Of a stretch of DNA of 64,000 nucleotides, positions 51,921 through 61,404 are shown in pieces. The stretch is from Spirochaetia bacterium (GTDB lineage: Bacteria; Spirochaetota; Spirochaetia; SZUA-6; Bin103). The stretch lies in the NCBI GenBank assembly GCA_965203515.1, contig OZ241907.1, positions 1,760,001-1,824,000 of the forward strand. The letters run 5' to 3'. How positions within the stretch are numbered: the stretch's first letter is position 1; the number at the start of each line of letters is the position of its first letter. Below the pieces are notes generated by a model, which was given only the letters and a program-made list of their open reading frames with translations, was not told where the DNA came from and did no database searches. A program made the translations under genes and the position numbers.

Positions 51921-53444
51921 TTACGCGGCGAACTGGAACGCGTACAGGCGGGCGGCGCGCAGGCGCACGTGGAGCTGCACGGGCCGGCCCGCCAGGTCGG
52001 CCGGCAACCGGTCGCGGCCGCTCCAGCGGACCGCCCCGTCGAGCGCGTCGGCGCGCAACGGCCGGCAGTCGTCGAAGGCGTGGCCGTCGATCGGCTCGCC
52101 GCTCTGCACCGACGCGAGCTGCGCGGTCAGTTCCGCCTCCGGCCCCAGCGCTTCCAGGTTCACCAGCAACCGCGACCCGGAGAACGACAGCGGCCGGGTG
52201 ATGAACTGGCCGCGCTCCGCGCCGGCCTTGATGCCGATGATCCGGTCGCGCTTGAAGGTGACGCGGCTGACGCGGCTCCTGGGCGCGTAGTCGAGCTCGA
52301 TCGGCTTGGAGCCGCCGTGCGGCCCGTCGCCCGATCGGTAGTAGAGCGCCAGCGTGTCGTCGTCGACCGCCACGAAGCCGGGAGCGACCGACACGATGAA
52401 GCAGTCGAACTCGCCGGGCGCGCCCAGCGGGATGAAGGTATCGCGGTTGGCGCGGAACCAGGCGCGGTTGTCGCGGCTGGTGCAGACCTGCACCTCGAAC
52501 GTCCCCTCGTAGTGTCGGTAGAAGGACGGGAACATGAAGTGCAGGTTGGGCGAGTACGGATAGCGCGCGTAGGCGCTGTTGTAGATGTCGGTGTCGAGGG
52601 TGTCGTGGAAGTCGGCGGCCAGCGCGATGCCGGTGCTCTCCCAGTTGCGGTAGTCGACCGACTCCAGGCGGCCCACGGCGCGCCCGCGCCGCTCGCCGCG
52701 GACGCTCACGCTGCCGGCGTGCAGGGCCCTGTGCTCGGCGGTGGTCCGGTGGTAGGCGACGTAGCGTCCCAGGGTGTGGTCCCAGCAGGCGCTGTTCTGC
52801 GAGTCGCAGTACTTGCCCAGGAAGTTGTCGTAGTAGCGGGTCCAGCGCAGGCCGTCCGGCGACGCCGCGCCGCGCAGCATGCCCACGTTATGGGTGAACG
52901 GCAGCTCGGCGATCTCCGGCCCCCACCAGTCGGTGTAGATCAGCTTGTAGCGCTCCCCGTCCAGGGCGTTCGGGTCGATGAAGACGTTGCCCGATTCGGG
53001 CGACACGCCGGCCAGCCCGCCGTCGAACACCACGTTGTTGCGCGTGGAGCCGGCCACCTCGACCAGACCCAGCTCGCGGCGCGTGAACTCCAGGCCGTCG
53101 CCCGATTCCGCGTAGCTCAGGAACAGGCCGCTGCGGGCCTCCGGATGGTAGGAGTTGTACCACATGCGGTAGCGGCCATCGTCATTGAGGACCGTCAGCC
53201 AGGCGGACCCCTCCTCCCAGGGCCGCTGCCCCTCGAACAGCGCCGCGCCGTGCTTGTCGACCGTGCCGAGCGTCCAGGAGATGCCGCGCGGGTACTGCTC
53301 GTGGCCGCGGCCCATCGCCAGGAAGAAATCGTCGACCAGGAGCTGGCGGTCGGCGCCGACGTCGACCGGCTGCACGCGGCGCGGGTCGACGTGCGTGTTG
53401 ACCGCCAGGTTGAAGTTGTCCATGTCGTGGGAGATGACTGCCAT
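51921..53444 (-). CDS. Beta-propeller glycoside hydrolase-like protein
   Basis: 'RQLLVDD', 'YRMWY', Asp-box-like 'SGDGLEF' and 'SPDGLRW', C-terminal 'LYAFQF'. Confidence 0.65.
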   Translation of the reverse strand: MAVISHDMDNFNLAVNTHVDPRRVQPVDVGADRQLLVDDFFLAMGRGHEQYPRGISWTLGTVDKHGAALFEGQRPWEEGSAWLTVLNDDGRYRMWYNSYHPEARSGLFLSYAESGDGLEFTRRELGLVEVAGSTRNNVVFDGGLAGVSPESGNVFIDPNALDGERYKLIYTDWWGPEIAELPFTHNVGMLRGAASPDGLRWTRYYDNFLGKYCDSQNSACWDHTLGRYVAYHRTTAEHRALHAGSVSVRGERRGRAVGRLESVDYRNWESTGIALAADFHDTLDTDIYNSAYARYPYSPNLHFMFPSFYRHYEGTFEVQVCTSRDNRAWFRANRDTFIPLGAPGEFDCFIVSVAPGFVAVDDDTLALYYRSGDGPHGGSKPIELDYAPRSRVSRVTFKRDRIIGIKAGAERGQFITRPLSFSGSRLLVNLEALGPEAELTAQLASVQSGEPIDGHAFDDCRPLRADALDGAVRWSGRDRLPADLAGRPVQLHVRLRAARLYAFQFAA

Positions 53445-53531
53445 GCCCGACAGTATAGCCGCCGGCAGCATAGCCGGCCGGCAGCGGCCCGCGGCGGCGC
53501 ACGGCGCGCGGCGCGGGTTATACTAAGGCCC

Positions 53532-54362
53532 ATGCGTACCCATGATTGCGAACCGACGTTGACCGACACGCAGGTCCTGGAGTTCTGCAAGACCGGCTAC
53601 CACATGATCGAAGCCGCCGTCCCGGCCGAGATCAACGAGCGCGTGGTCGCCGCCATGACCGAGCGGTTCGAGCGCGGCGGGCGGCAGATGCATTCCTTCA
53701 CGCAGCAGGAATGGTTCGTCGAGTCGGTGCTGGCCAACCCGGCGGCGGCGGGCGTGGCCCGGTCGCTGCTGGGCGCCAACTTCTCGCTGCCGAACTGGGC
53801 CACCTGGTTCCGGGAGGAGAGCCCCGTGCCGGCCAACCAGTGGCACATCGACGGCGGCTCGATGTTCGACGGCCGGCTCGACACCCTCAAGTGGTTCTAC
53901 TACCCGACCGCCTGTCCGGAGGAGATGGGGCCGACCGAGTTCGTCGCCGGCTCGCACCACGTCACCAATCAGGTGCGGTTCATGGCGCACTACGACGCGA
54001 TCCGCGGCATCTGGAAGTCGACTGCGCCGGCCGGGTCGATCTACTTCACCGCGTACCCGATGTGGCATCGGCGCGCCAGGTCGACCGCGGCCGGGATGCG
54101 CTACATGCTGACCGGCACCTATCACCGCACCGCGCCGCCGACCCGCGACTGGCTCCGCGAGCCGGACTTCGATTTCGCCACGGCGAACTACTGGCTGGAA
54201 GAACCGCGCTTCGGCGAGCAGTACCGCAGCTCGCGCGATGCCGCCCGCCTGTTCATGTGGCTGTGCGGTCTTGGCGACAAGTTCGCCGTGCGCGAGGGGC
54301 CGACCTGGCCGATGCCGGTCGAGGTTGCCGGCCGCCCCTTCGGCGTCCCGGCCGGCGTGTAG
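53532..54362 (+). CDS. PhyH-like dioxygenase
   Basis: WHID, 'GPTEFVAGSH', MWHRR. Confidence 0.85.
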   Translation: MRTHDCEPTLTDTQVLEFCKTGYHMIEAAVPAEINERVVAAMTERFERGGRQMHSFTQQEWFVESVLANPAAAGVARSLLGANFSLPNWATWFREESPVPANQWHIDGGSMFDGRLDTLKWFYYPTACPEEMGPTEFVAGSHHVTNQVRFMAHYDAIRGIWKSTAPAGSIYFTAYPMWHRRARSTAAGMRYMLTGTYHRTAPPTRDWLREPDFDFATANYWLEEPRFGEQYRSSRDAARLFMWLCGLGDKFAVREGPTWPMPVEVAGRPFGVPAGV

Positions 54363-54376
54363 GCGGGGGCATCCGC

Positions 54377-55846
54377 GTGATCACCGTCAGGAACGGCAGC
54401 ACCAACGGACCGGTCGGCGAGGCGGTCCTGTTTGCATTCGACGACCACAGCCTCCCCTTCACCACCGGTCTCAAGCTCGACCTGGTACCGGGCAAGGAGC
54501 CGGGCAGCGCCAACCCGATCGTGGTGAGCCGCGGGCCGCAGGGCGCCCCGGACGACGTCGCCGTGCGCTACTACGGCGCGGTGGCCAAGGTCGATGGCGA
54601 GTTGCGGATGTGGTACGAGAGCATCGGTTCGCTGGACGGGACCGGCGGCCGGCGGGTCTGCTACGCGGTCAGCCGCGACGGCGTGCATTGGGAGAAGCCG
54701 TCGCTCGGTCTGGTCGAGTACGGCGGCAGCCGCGACAACAACATCGTCGATCTGTTCGGGGGAGCGCCGGTCATCAGCGCGGCGCCGGTGATCCACGACC
54801 CGGACGATCCGCACCCGGGCCGGCGCTTCAAGATGTGCATCGAGAGCGGGCGCTACGGCAACCGGCTGGCGGTCGCCTTCAGCGCCGACGGGCTGCGCTG
54901 GGAGGCGCCGGACCGCAACCCGGTCGGGCCGCCGCTGGAGATGGCCGGTCTGCTCAAGTGGGGCGGCTGCTACTACGTGAACGGACAGGACGAGTTCGGC
55001 TGGCACGGCTCTCAGTGGGGCCGCGCCCGCAAGCTGGTGACCTTCGCGTCCGGCGACTTCGAGCACTGGACGCAGGCGCCGGCGCTCGGATTCCGGCGCG
55101 ACGGCCTGCCGCCGCGGCGGGTGATGCACGACTGGAACACCGCCGAGGAGGTGCACCTGGGCACCTGCTGCTGGGATCGGGGCAACGTCATCGTCGGGGT
55201 GTACGGCATGTGGCACGGCACGCCGTCCGGCAGCCGCCGCTTCATCACCATGGATCTCGGGCTGCTGGTGAGCCAGGACGCGCTGCACTACCGCGAACCG
55301 GTGCCGGACTACCGGTTCATTCCGGCGCTGGAGGAGCCCGGCCTGCCGGCCGGCAGCTCGCCGGCGCTGATGCAGGGCCAGGGCATGCTCAACCACGGCG
55401 ACCGCACGCTGTTCTGGTACGAGCTGTGGGCCGGCAGCGACGTTCGTCTGGCGAGCTGGGAGCGCGACCGGCTCGGCTTCCTGCAGGTCTTCCGGGAGAA
55501 GCAGCTCGTCGACCTGCCGGCCCCGCACGCGCTGAGCTGCGCGATCGAGCCGTCCGGCGACACCGCGCTGAGCCTCAACGTGAGCGGCCTGGGACCGCAC
55601 GCGCAGGTCGCCGTGGAGCTGACCGACGAGCGGTTCCGGCCGATCGCCGGCTACTCGGGCAGCGGCGCCGCCGTCATCGACCGCGACGGCCTGGACGTGC
55701 CGGTGACCTGGGGCGGCGGTGCGACCGTCCCGGCCGGGCTCGGCGCCTACCGGGTCAAGCTCGACTTCCGCGGCATCCGCGCCGAGGACGCGCGCCTCTT
55801 CGCGGTCTACGCGCGCGGCGCCGCGGACGCGCAGGAGACGCGGTGA
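54377..55846 (+). CDS. Beta-propeller glycoside hydrolase-like protein
   Basis: 'LRMWY', 'SRDGVHWEKP', 'SADGLRW'; same architecture as 51921-53444. Confidence 0.65.
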   Translation: MITVRNGSTNGPVGEAVLFAFDDHSLPFTTGLKLDLVPGKEPGSANPIVVSRGPQGAPDDVAVRYYGAVAKVDGELRMWYESIGSLDGTGGRRVCYAVSRDGVHWEKPSLGLVEYGGSRDNNIVDLFGGAPVISAAPVIHDPDDPHPGRRFKMCIESGRYGNRLAVAFSADGLRWEAPDRNPVGPPLEMAGLLKWGGCYYVNGQDEFGWHGSQWGRARKLVTFASGDFEHWTQAPALGFRRDGLPPRRVMHDWNTAEEVHLGTCCWDRGNVIVGVYGMWHGTPSGSRRFITMDLGLLVSQDALHYREPVPDYRFIPALEEPGLPAGSSPALMQGQGMLNHGDRTLFWYELWAGSDVRLASWERDRLGFLQVFREKQLVDLPAPHALSCAIEPSGDTALSLNVSGLGPHAQVAVELTDERFRPIAGYSGSGAAVIDRDGLDVPVTWGGGATVPAGLGAYRVKLDFRGIRAEDARLFAVYARGAADAQETR

Positions 55847-55970
55847 AGCGACCGGATCGGTCGAGCGAGCGCGGCTCCTACGAAGCGGCCGGCCGCGGTC
55901 TCCACGGCGTCGAAGCCCTCCTCGAATGTCGCCATACGCCGGCCCAATCTGCCGGTTCGGAGCAACGCCG

Positions 55971-57317
55971 TCAATCCGGCGCCGCCGTCTGCTCCTGCAC
56001 CTGCCAGAGGCTGAGGCTGAGCGACGGCGGCACGCGGACGTTGTCGAAGGTGATCGGCTCGTCCTCGGCGATGTCGGCGGCGGCGACCGCGCCGTGGGTG
56101 AGCGCCATCGGCACCAGGCGGCCGGCGCGCGCCGCCGCGCGCCGCTCGGCCAGTCCGTACACGGTGTAGCCGCCCTCGCCGTCCAGGGTCTCGCCGGCCC
56201 GCAACGGCCGCTTGGCGGCCGCCACCACCTCTGCGGCGCGGTGCGTGGGGGCGCCGACGTCGTCGCCCAGCACCGCCATCCGCGCCAGGCCGATCGGCAT
56301 TTCGTGCCCGATGAAGTGCTGCGGCCGGTAGATCATCGCGTAGCCGGAGCGCTTGCCGATGATCATGCCGGTGATGTCGCCGTAGGAGGCGAGCGATGCG
56401 TTGATCTGCGGGGTCGGTCCGTCGATCACGGCGAACAATCCGCCGCGGAGGGAGCGCTCCACGAAGGTGTCGTCGGGATGGATGGCGCTCACCGCCTCGA
56501 CCACACCCTCGCGGTTCAGTATCCCGCCCCGATCCTTCGCGGCCAGCACGTCGGGGATGTCGCGCAGGTCGGCGGTGGGGAAGTGCAGCCCGCGCACGTC
56601 GGGCGGCAGCCCGGTCACGTTTGCCAGCGCCACCACCTCGATCGCGTGCTTGGTGCCGTCCAGGAACGATCCGAACATCTGCGCGTTGTAGTCCGTGCCG
56701 CTGAAGCCGTAGACCCGCGGCACGTCGTCCGGATCGAGCTTGCGAAAGCTCGGCGTGAAGCGCGTGCCCTTGCCGGCGGCCACCAGCCGGAAGCCGAGCG
56801 TCCGCGCCCAGTCGCAGAGCTCCGCGGCCAGCGCCGGCTCGTCGCCGTAGGCCAGGCTGTAGATCACGCCGGCGGCTTCGGCGAGCTTGCGCAGATGGCA
56901 GCCGACCAGCACGTCGGCTTCGACCGTGACCATGGCCACGTGCTTGCGGGCCAGGATGGCGCGGTAGGCGTGCCGGACCCCCGCTTCGACCAGCCCGGTC
57001 GCCTCCACGACGATGTCGACGGGGCTGTCGATCAACGCGCCGGCGTCGGCGGTGACCACCGGCGTACCGGCGGCGACCGCCTCCGCGACCTGATCGGCGG
57101 AGCCGGCGCGCAGCGGCGGGCCGGCCGAAGCGTCCGCTCCCGCACCGATCGCCGCGGCGGCGGCATCGACGCGCAGGTCGGCGATCGCCGCCAGCCGCAT
57201 GCCGGGCACGTGGCGTATCTGGCCGGCGATCTGGGCGCCGAAGGTGCCGACGCCGATCAGACCGATCCTGACCGGCGTTCCCGCGCGCTCGCGTTCGACC
57301 ATACGCTCGTACAGCAT
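55971..57317 (-). CDS. NAD(P)-dependent oxidoreductase with C-terminal SAF domain
   Basis: 'GLIGVGTFG', 'GDEP', 'FLDGTK', 'LDGEGGYTVYG'. Confidence 0.88.
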   Translation of the reverse strand: MLYERMVERERAGTPVRIGLIGVGTFGAQIAGQIRHVPGMRLAAIADLRVDAAAAAIGAGADASAGPPLRAGSADQVAEAVAAGTPVVTADAGALIDSPVDIVVEATGLVEAGVRHAYRAILARKHVAMVTVEADVLVGCHLRKLAEAAGVIYSLAYGDEPALAAELCDWARTLGFRLVAAGKGTRFTPSFRKLDPDDVPRVYGFSGTDYNAQMFGSFLDGTKHAIEVVALANVTGLPPDVRGLHFPTADLRDIPDVLAAKDRGGILNREGVVEAVSAIHPDDTFVERSLRGGLFAVIDGPTPQINASLASYGDITGMIIGKRSGYAMIYRPQHFIGHEMPIGLARMAVLGDDVGAPTHRAAEVVAAAKRPLRAGETLDGEGGYTVYGLAERRAAARAGRLVPMALTHGAVAAADIAEDEPITFDNVRVPPSLSLSLWQVQEQTAAPD

Positions 57318-57355
57318 GGCGGCGAGGGTACTGTACGCCCCGCACCGCTGCCCAC

Positions 57356-58570
57356 TTACGTCGAGCCGTCCGGTACCTGCCGGCGGATGAAACGGCCCAG
57401 CAACGGGACGGCGAACGAGTATCGGCCGTGGCGATTCTTGTACACCAGGCCCTGGGTAGCGAGCGCGGCGAGCATCTGGTTGACGTGGCTGCTGCCGAAC
57501 GGCTTCTCCTTGCCTCGCCGCGATTCCTGTACGACCTCCTGGACCGTGAACTCCTCGTCGCAGTGTTCCAGCCGCGCTATCGCGAACAGCAGAGCCCGTT
57601 GCCGGTCGGTCGCGCGCGCCCAGCGGCCGGCGAAGAAGTCGGTGTCGAGCTTCCGCACGATTTCGGCCGCGGGAACGGCGCCCTGTCGGCCCCGGTCGAC
57701 TCTCTGCATGAACGCGTCGTATACCTCCCGGCAGATGAATTGGATGAAATAGGGATAACCGCCTGACAGGTCGACGATCCTGGCTACCGAGCGGTCGCTG
57801 AGACGAACCGGACAGTCGGTATCGGCTATCGGTCGGCGAATCGCTTCCTCGCTTTCGGTTCTGTTCAGCCGGTTCAGGAACACGACTCTGAACATCCGTT
57901 CGGCGAACGTCCGCGCCTCCACCAGCTTGGGGAACAGCGTCGGAAGACCGGTCAGGACCAGCATCAGCGGAAGTCCCTTGCGCTGGAGCGACTGGAAGGC
58001 GTCGAGCAACAGCGACAGCGGATATTGATCTCTTGCCGACCGATCGGTGAGGTTCTGCGCCTCGTCATAGGCAAAGATGATGCCGCGTACGTCTCGTTCC
58101 TTCGACAGCGCGCTCCATGCCGTCTCGAGCACCGCCTTGATCTTGTCGAGGGAGAGGCCGGGAGTCCGACGATAGTGATCGACCAAGGCGTCATAGCCGA
58201 GCGTATATACGATCTCCTCCGGTTCGGCCGATAATCCCGGCCTGCGCACGTGCCCGACGGCCATGACCAGATCCGCGGTCAGCGGAGCCAGATCGGTGCA
58301 GAGCCGGATCGCCATGCTCTCCTCGCCGATGCTGGTCGACTCCGACACGTCGGTGCCGACCCACGCCCACCCGTCGCGTATCGCCATCGGTTTGAGCGAG
58401 TCGAGCAGCACCGTCTTGCCCGCTCCGCGAAGTCCGGTCAGCACCAGATTCTCCAGAATCGTGCGCTGCCCGAGCAGCCGCAGGAACTCGTCGCGCTCGG
58501 CTTGCCTGCCAGCCAGGTAGGGCGGCGGGTGGCCCGCGCCCGGGCGGAACGGGTTGGTGAACTCGGCCAT
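57356..58570 (-). CDS. AAA-family ATP-binding protein with C-terminal winged helix
   Basis: 'NPFRPGAG.PPPYLAGR', 'GLRGAGKTVLL', 'DEAQ', 'GYPYFIQ'. Confidence 0.88.
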   Translation of the reverse strand: MAEFTNPFRPGAGHPPPYLAGRQAERDEFLRLLGQRTILENLVLTGLRGAGKTVLLDSLKPMAIRDGWAWVGTDVSESTSIGEESMAIRLCTDLAPLTADLVMAVGHVRRPGLSAEPEEIVYTLGYDALVDHYRRTPGLSLDKIKAVLETAWSALSKERDVRGIIFAYDEAQNLTDRSARDQYPLSLLLDAFQSLQRKGLPLMLVLTGLPTLFPKLVEARTFAERMFRVVFLNRLNRTESEEAIRRPIADTDCPVRLSDRSVARIVDLSGGYPYFIQFICREVYDAFMQRVDRGRQGAVPAAEIVRKLDTDFFAGRWARATDRQRALLFAIARLEHCDEEFTVQEVVQESRRGKEKPFGSSHVNQMLAALATQGLVYKNRHGRYSFAVPLLGRFIRRQVPDGST

Positions 58571-58661
58571 GGCGATGTCAACCTCCGTCAAGTCGACCGC
58601 ATAAGTTTACACGATCGTCTTAATTTAGGTCAAGCGACTCAGCCGAGGGGGCGCAGGAGGC

Positions 58662-59285
58662 TCAGGCGGGTCGACTCGGTCTCCAGATTCCCTTCGCAAC
58701 CAGTTCGCGGAGGGCGGCGAGCGTACGCCTGAGGCTGGGAGAGCGTTGCGCCGCGCGTTCGGGATCCCAGGTTCGGCGGGCGAACGATACGATCCGACTC
58801 GTATACTCTGGGCCTACCTTCCGGCCGCTGCCGGACCGCGGCACCATCGCCTCGCGGGTCGCGCGCTGTCCGGAGCGTCGACATGCCTCGACCAGGCCAT
58901 GCTTGGGGTCGTCCAGATCGTCCGGGCGGTCAGGCAGACGTCGTTCGGCGATTCTGAACTCGCCGGCGAAGCCCTCTGCGTCGGCAAGCATCCAGCTCTC
59001 CATGGCTCGGACCGGCACCCGCAGGAGCACCCTTGGCGCGAGTCGGTTCCCGGCGAGCAGGCGCCCGATCAGCGCCGATGCGCACGGCGCGTCATGGTCC
59101 AGGTCGCGCAGAATCAGCCAGTTGATGGAAGCGCCCGATCGATTCATCTCGGGAATCCGAGGATCGAGCCGGGACTTGCCTCCGGCTATGCGGGTCGGCC
59201 GGGGATCGAGGCCTGCGAAACGGATCATCCGCTCTGCGACCGGTACGTCCGTCTCGCCTTCGACGGCGAAGTACACGGCCGTCAT
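58662..59285 (-). CDS. DUF4276-like (TOPRIM-like) protein
   Basis: 'AVEGETD', 'LRDLD', 'MESWMLAD', 'SPSLRR'; ATGA-coupled to the ATPase. Confidence 0.75.
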   Translation of the reverse strand: MTAVYFAVEGETDVPVAERMIRFAGLDPRPTRIAGGKSRLDPRIPEMNRSGASINWLILRDLDHDAPCASALIGRLLAGNRLAPRVLLRVPVRAMESWMLADAEGFAGEFRIAERRLPDRPDDLDDPKHGLVEACRRSGQRATREAMVPRSGSGRKVGPEYTSRIVSFARRTWDPERAAQRSPSLRRTLAALRELVAKGIWRPSRPA

Positions 59286-60445
59286 ACGTGCGCGAGCCGA
59301 TCCGGCAGGTCCCGAACCGCTGGCGGTTCGGTCATCGGAGACAGAATGTCGGCGAGGCTCATGCCGGCGTCGAGCAATTCCTGGATGTCCGGGATGGAGC
59401 CGGCCGCAAACGCCTCCGTGCCGTCCAACGCAGGGCGCAGGAGCACGACCTCATCCTTGCCGAGCCCCTGATCCTCCAGCACGTCGGTAGAGTGCGTCGT
59501 CAACAGGACCTGCGGACCTCCCGTGGTACGAATCCGATGCAGGATGGTCGGGATCTGTCGGACTACCGACGAATGCAGCGACAACTCCGGCTCCTCCAGT
59601 AACACCGGCCCCTCGTCCCGCTGCCCTTCCAGCAGAGACCAGAGCAAGCCGATCAATCGCAGCGTGCCGTCCGAGAAATCTCGCTCGTTCTGTCTGGCCG
59701 GCCGGGGCCGCCAATGCTCGTACCGCGCCTGCAGATGCCAGTGACCGATCTCGTCCTGATTCAGGTCGAGCTGGTCCAACTGCGGCACCGCCGCCTTCAG
59801 AGCTTGGCCGATCCGGCGAAGGTTTCGCGTGCGCTTCCTTACCGTGGTCCGGGCCACCCTCAGTAGAAAATCGGCGCCGTACGGATCGTCGCTTCGGTCT
59901 CCCCCGCGGTCCGGCTCCCGGATCAGATGCGGCACCAGGTGGAGATAGCGGATCGAGCCCAGGAAATCGACTATCGCCCGGAACTCGCGGTTGGCATTGA
60001 CCTGCTCCAAATGGGTCTGTGTCATCCGCTCCGGGTCCGCTTCGTCGTCCGGGTCCGGCCGTTCGAGAATCATCTTGCCATCTCGCGCGACGACCTCGCT
60101 CTTGAGGATCGGGCGATGGCGGCCGCGCGGTTCGGCGGTGAATGTCACGTGGTACGACCACGCGGCGGGTCGGCGGTCGTCGCCGATTCCGACCTCCAGG
60201 GTGACGTGTCCGTGGTTGAAGTTCCGGGCGGCCAGACAGCGGATGCGCGGTATGCCGCCCCGGTTGGTCACCGCGTCCTGAAAGCCGCCGCCGGGGGACG
60301 CGACCTGCCGCAGGAACCGCAGGGCATCCAGGAGGTTCGATTTGCCTGATGCGTTGGCGCCGATCACGAACATCCGGTCGCGGAGATCGAAGTCCGCCAG
60401 CTTGAAGTTGCGCCAGTTCTTCAGCGTCAGATGGGTGAGGCGCAT
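59282..60445 (-). CDS. ABC/AAA_21-type ATPase
   Basis: 'LKNWRNF', 'GANASGKSN', 'FSDGTLR', 'LEEPELSLH', 'TTHS'. Confidence 0.9.
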   Translation of the reverse strand: MRLTHLTLKNWRNFKLADFDLRDRMFVIGANASGKSNLLDALRFLRQVASPGGGFQDAVTNRGGIPRIRCLAARNFNHGHVTLEVGIGDDRRPAAWSYHVTFTAEPRGRHRPILKSEVVARDGKMILERPDPDDEADPERMTQTHLEQVNANREFRAIVDFLGSIRYLHLVPHLIREPDRGGDRSDDPYGADFLLRVARTTVRKRTRNLRRIGQALKAAVPQLDQLDLNQDEIGHWHLQARYEHWRPRPARQNERDFSDGTLRLIGLLWSLLEGQRDEGPVLLEEPELSLHSSVVRQIPTILHRIRTTGGPQVLLTTHSTDVLEDQGLGKDEVVLLRPALDGTEAFAAGSIPDIQELLDAGMSLADILSPMTEPPAVRDLPDRLAHV

Positions 60446-60459
60446 CGCCGCGGGCCGGT

Positions 60460-61392
60460 TCAGCAGATCAGACCGCGTTTCGCGTCCGGGCCGTGGCCGA
60501 CCGGGGCTTCGCCGATCCAGCGCTCGTCGACCGGCTCGCTTGCGCGCTGGTAGCGCGTGTCGGAGGAGACGCGGACGCGGTCGGTGTGGTTGTCCCCGGC
60601 CGAGTGCATGGTGTGCATGGTGAAGATCAGCAGGTCCCCGGCGCGGTAGCCGCTCGCCAGCCAGCGGCCGCCCACCCGGTCGGGGAGCGATACGGCGTCC
60701 TTGGTGAAGTGCCCGCCGTTGTGACGGTCCGCCCACCGCGTCTCCCCTGACACCACCGGCCGCTCCTCCGGCGTGCCGGCGCAGTAGGTGTCCACGTCGA
60801 TCCGGCCGTAGGTCTCGCGGACCTCGGTCAGGCGGTGCGAGCCTTCCAGGATCATCAGGCCGCCCATCTCCGGCGGGACGTCGCACAGCGGCGTCCAGCC
60901 GGTCAGCAGGCGGCGAGTGCCGCGGCCCATGAACACGATGTCGTAGTGCGGCGGCGTGACGGTGTCCGGCCCCGGCGACTTGGCACGGACCCAGATGTGG
61001 TCGAAGTGCCGCACCGGCGCCTCGAATATGCGCTCGAACACCGCCAGCATCGGCGCGCCGAACACCACCCGCTCCAGCGGCCGGTTACGGCGACCGGCGT
61101 CGTGCGCGGACAGGACCGCGCTTCCCGGCGCCGCGACCCCGTCTTCCGGCGGGTGATCGGGATGGAGCTGGCCGGCCGCCGCCAGCCGGCGGTAGAGCTC
61201 GTGACCGGCTGCCAGCACGTGGTCGCGCGGCAGCGCGTCGCGCAGCAGGAGGTAGCCGTCCCGGTCGAGCCGCTCGCGCAGCTCGGCCCCGCTCGCGTCG
61301 GAGGCGGTCACCTCCAGCGTGCCCGGCGGATGCGCCAGGTTGCGCAGTGAACGGCCCTGATAGGTAAGGTCGGCGGTCGCGGTGGTCTCCAT
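60460..61392 (-). CDS. PhyH-like dioxygenase
   Basis: 'PHYDIVFMGRG', 'GGLMILEGSH', 'TMHS', 'RVSSDTRYQ'. Confidence 0.88.
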   Translation of the reverse strand: METTATADLTYQGRSLRNLAHPPGTLEVTASDASGAELRERLDRDGYLLLRDALPRDHVLAAGHELYRRLAAAGQLHPDHPPEDGVAAPGSAVLSAHDAGRRNRPLERVVFGAPMLAVFERIFEAPVRHFDHIWVRAKSPGPDTVTPPHYDIVFMGRGTRRLLTGWTPLCDVPPEMGGLMILEGSHRLTEVRETYGRIDVDTYCAGTPEERPVVSGETRWADRHNGGHFTKDAVSLPDRVGGRWLASGYRAGDLLIFTMHTMHSAGDNHTDRVRVSSDTRYQRASEPVDERWIGEAPVGHGPDAKRGLIC

Positions 61393-61404
61393 GGCGCGGC
61401 TATT

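Noticed and set aside
55850..55935. REP-like element or tiny ORF (MATFEEGFDAVE...) between convergent genes
   Set aside because: Single occurrence, no clean palindrome and no supporting homology.
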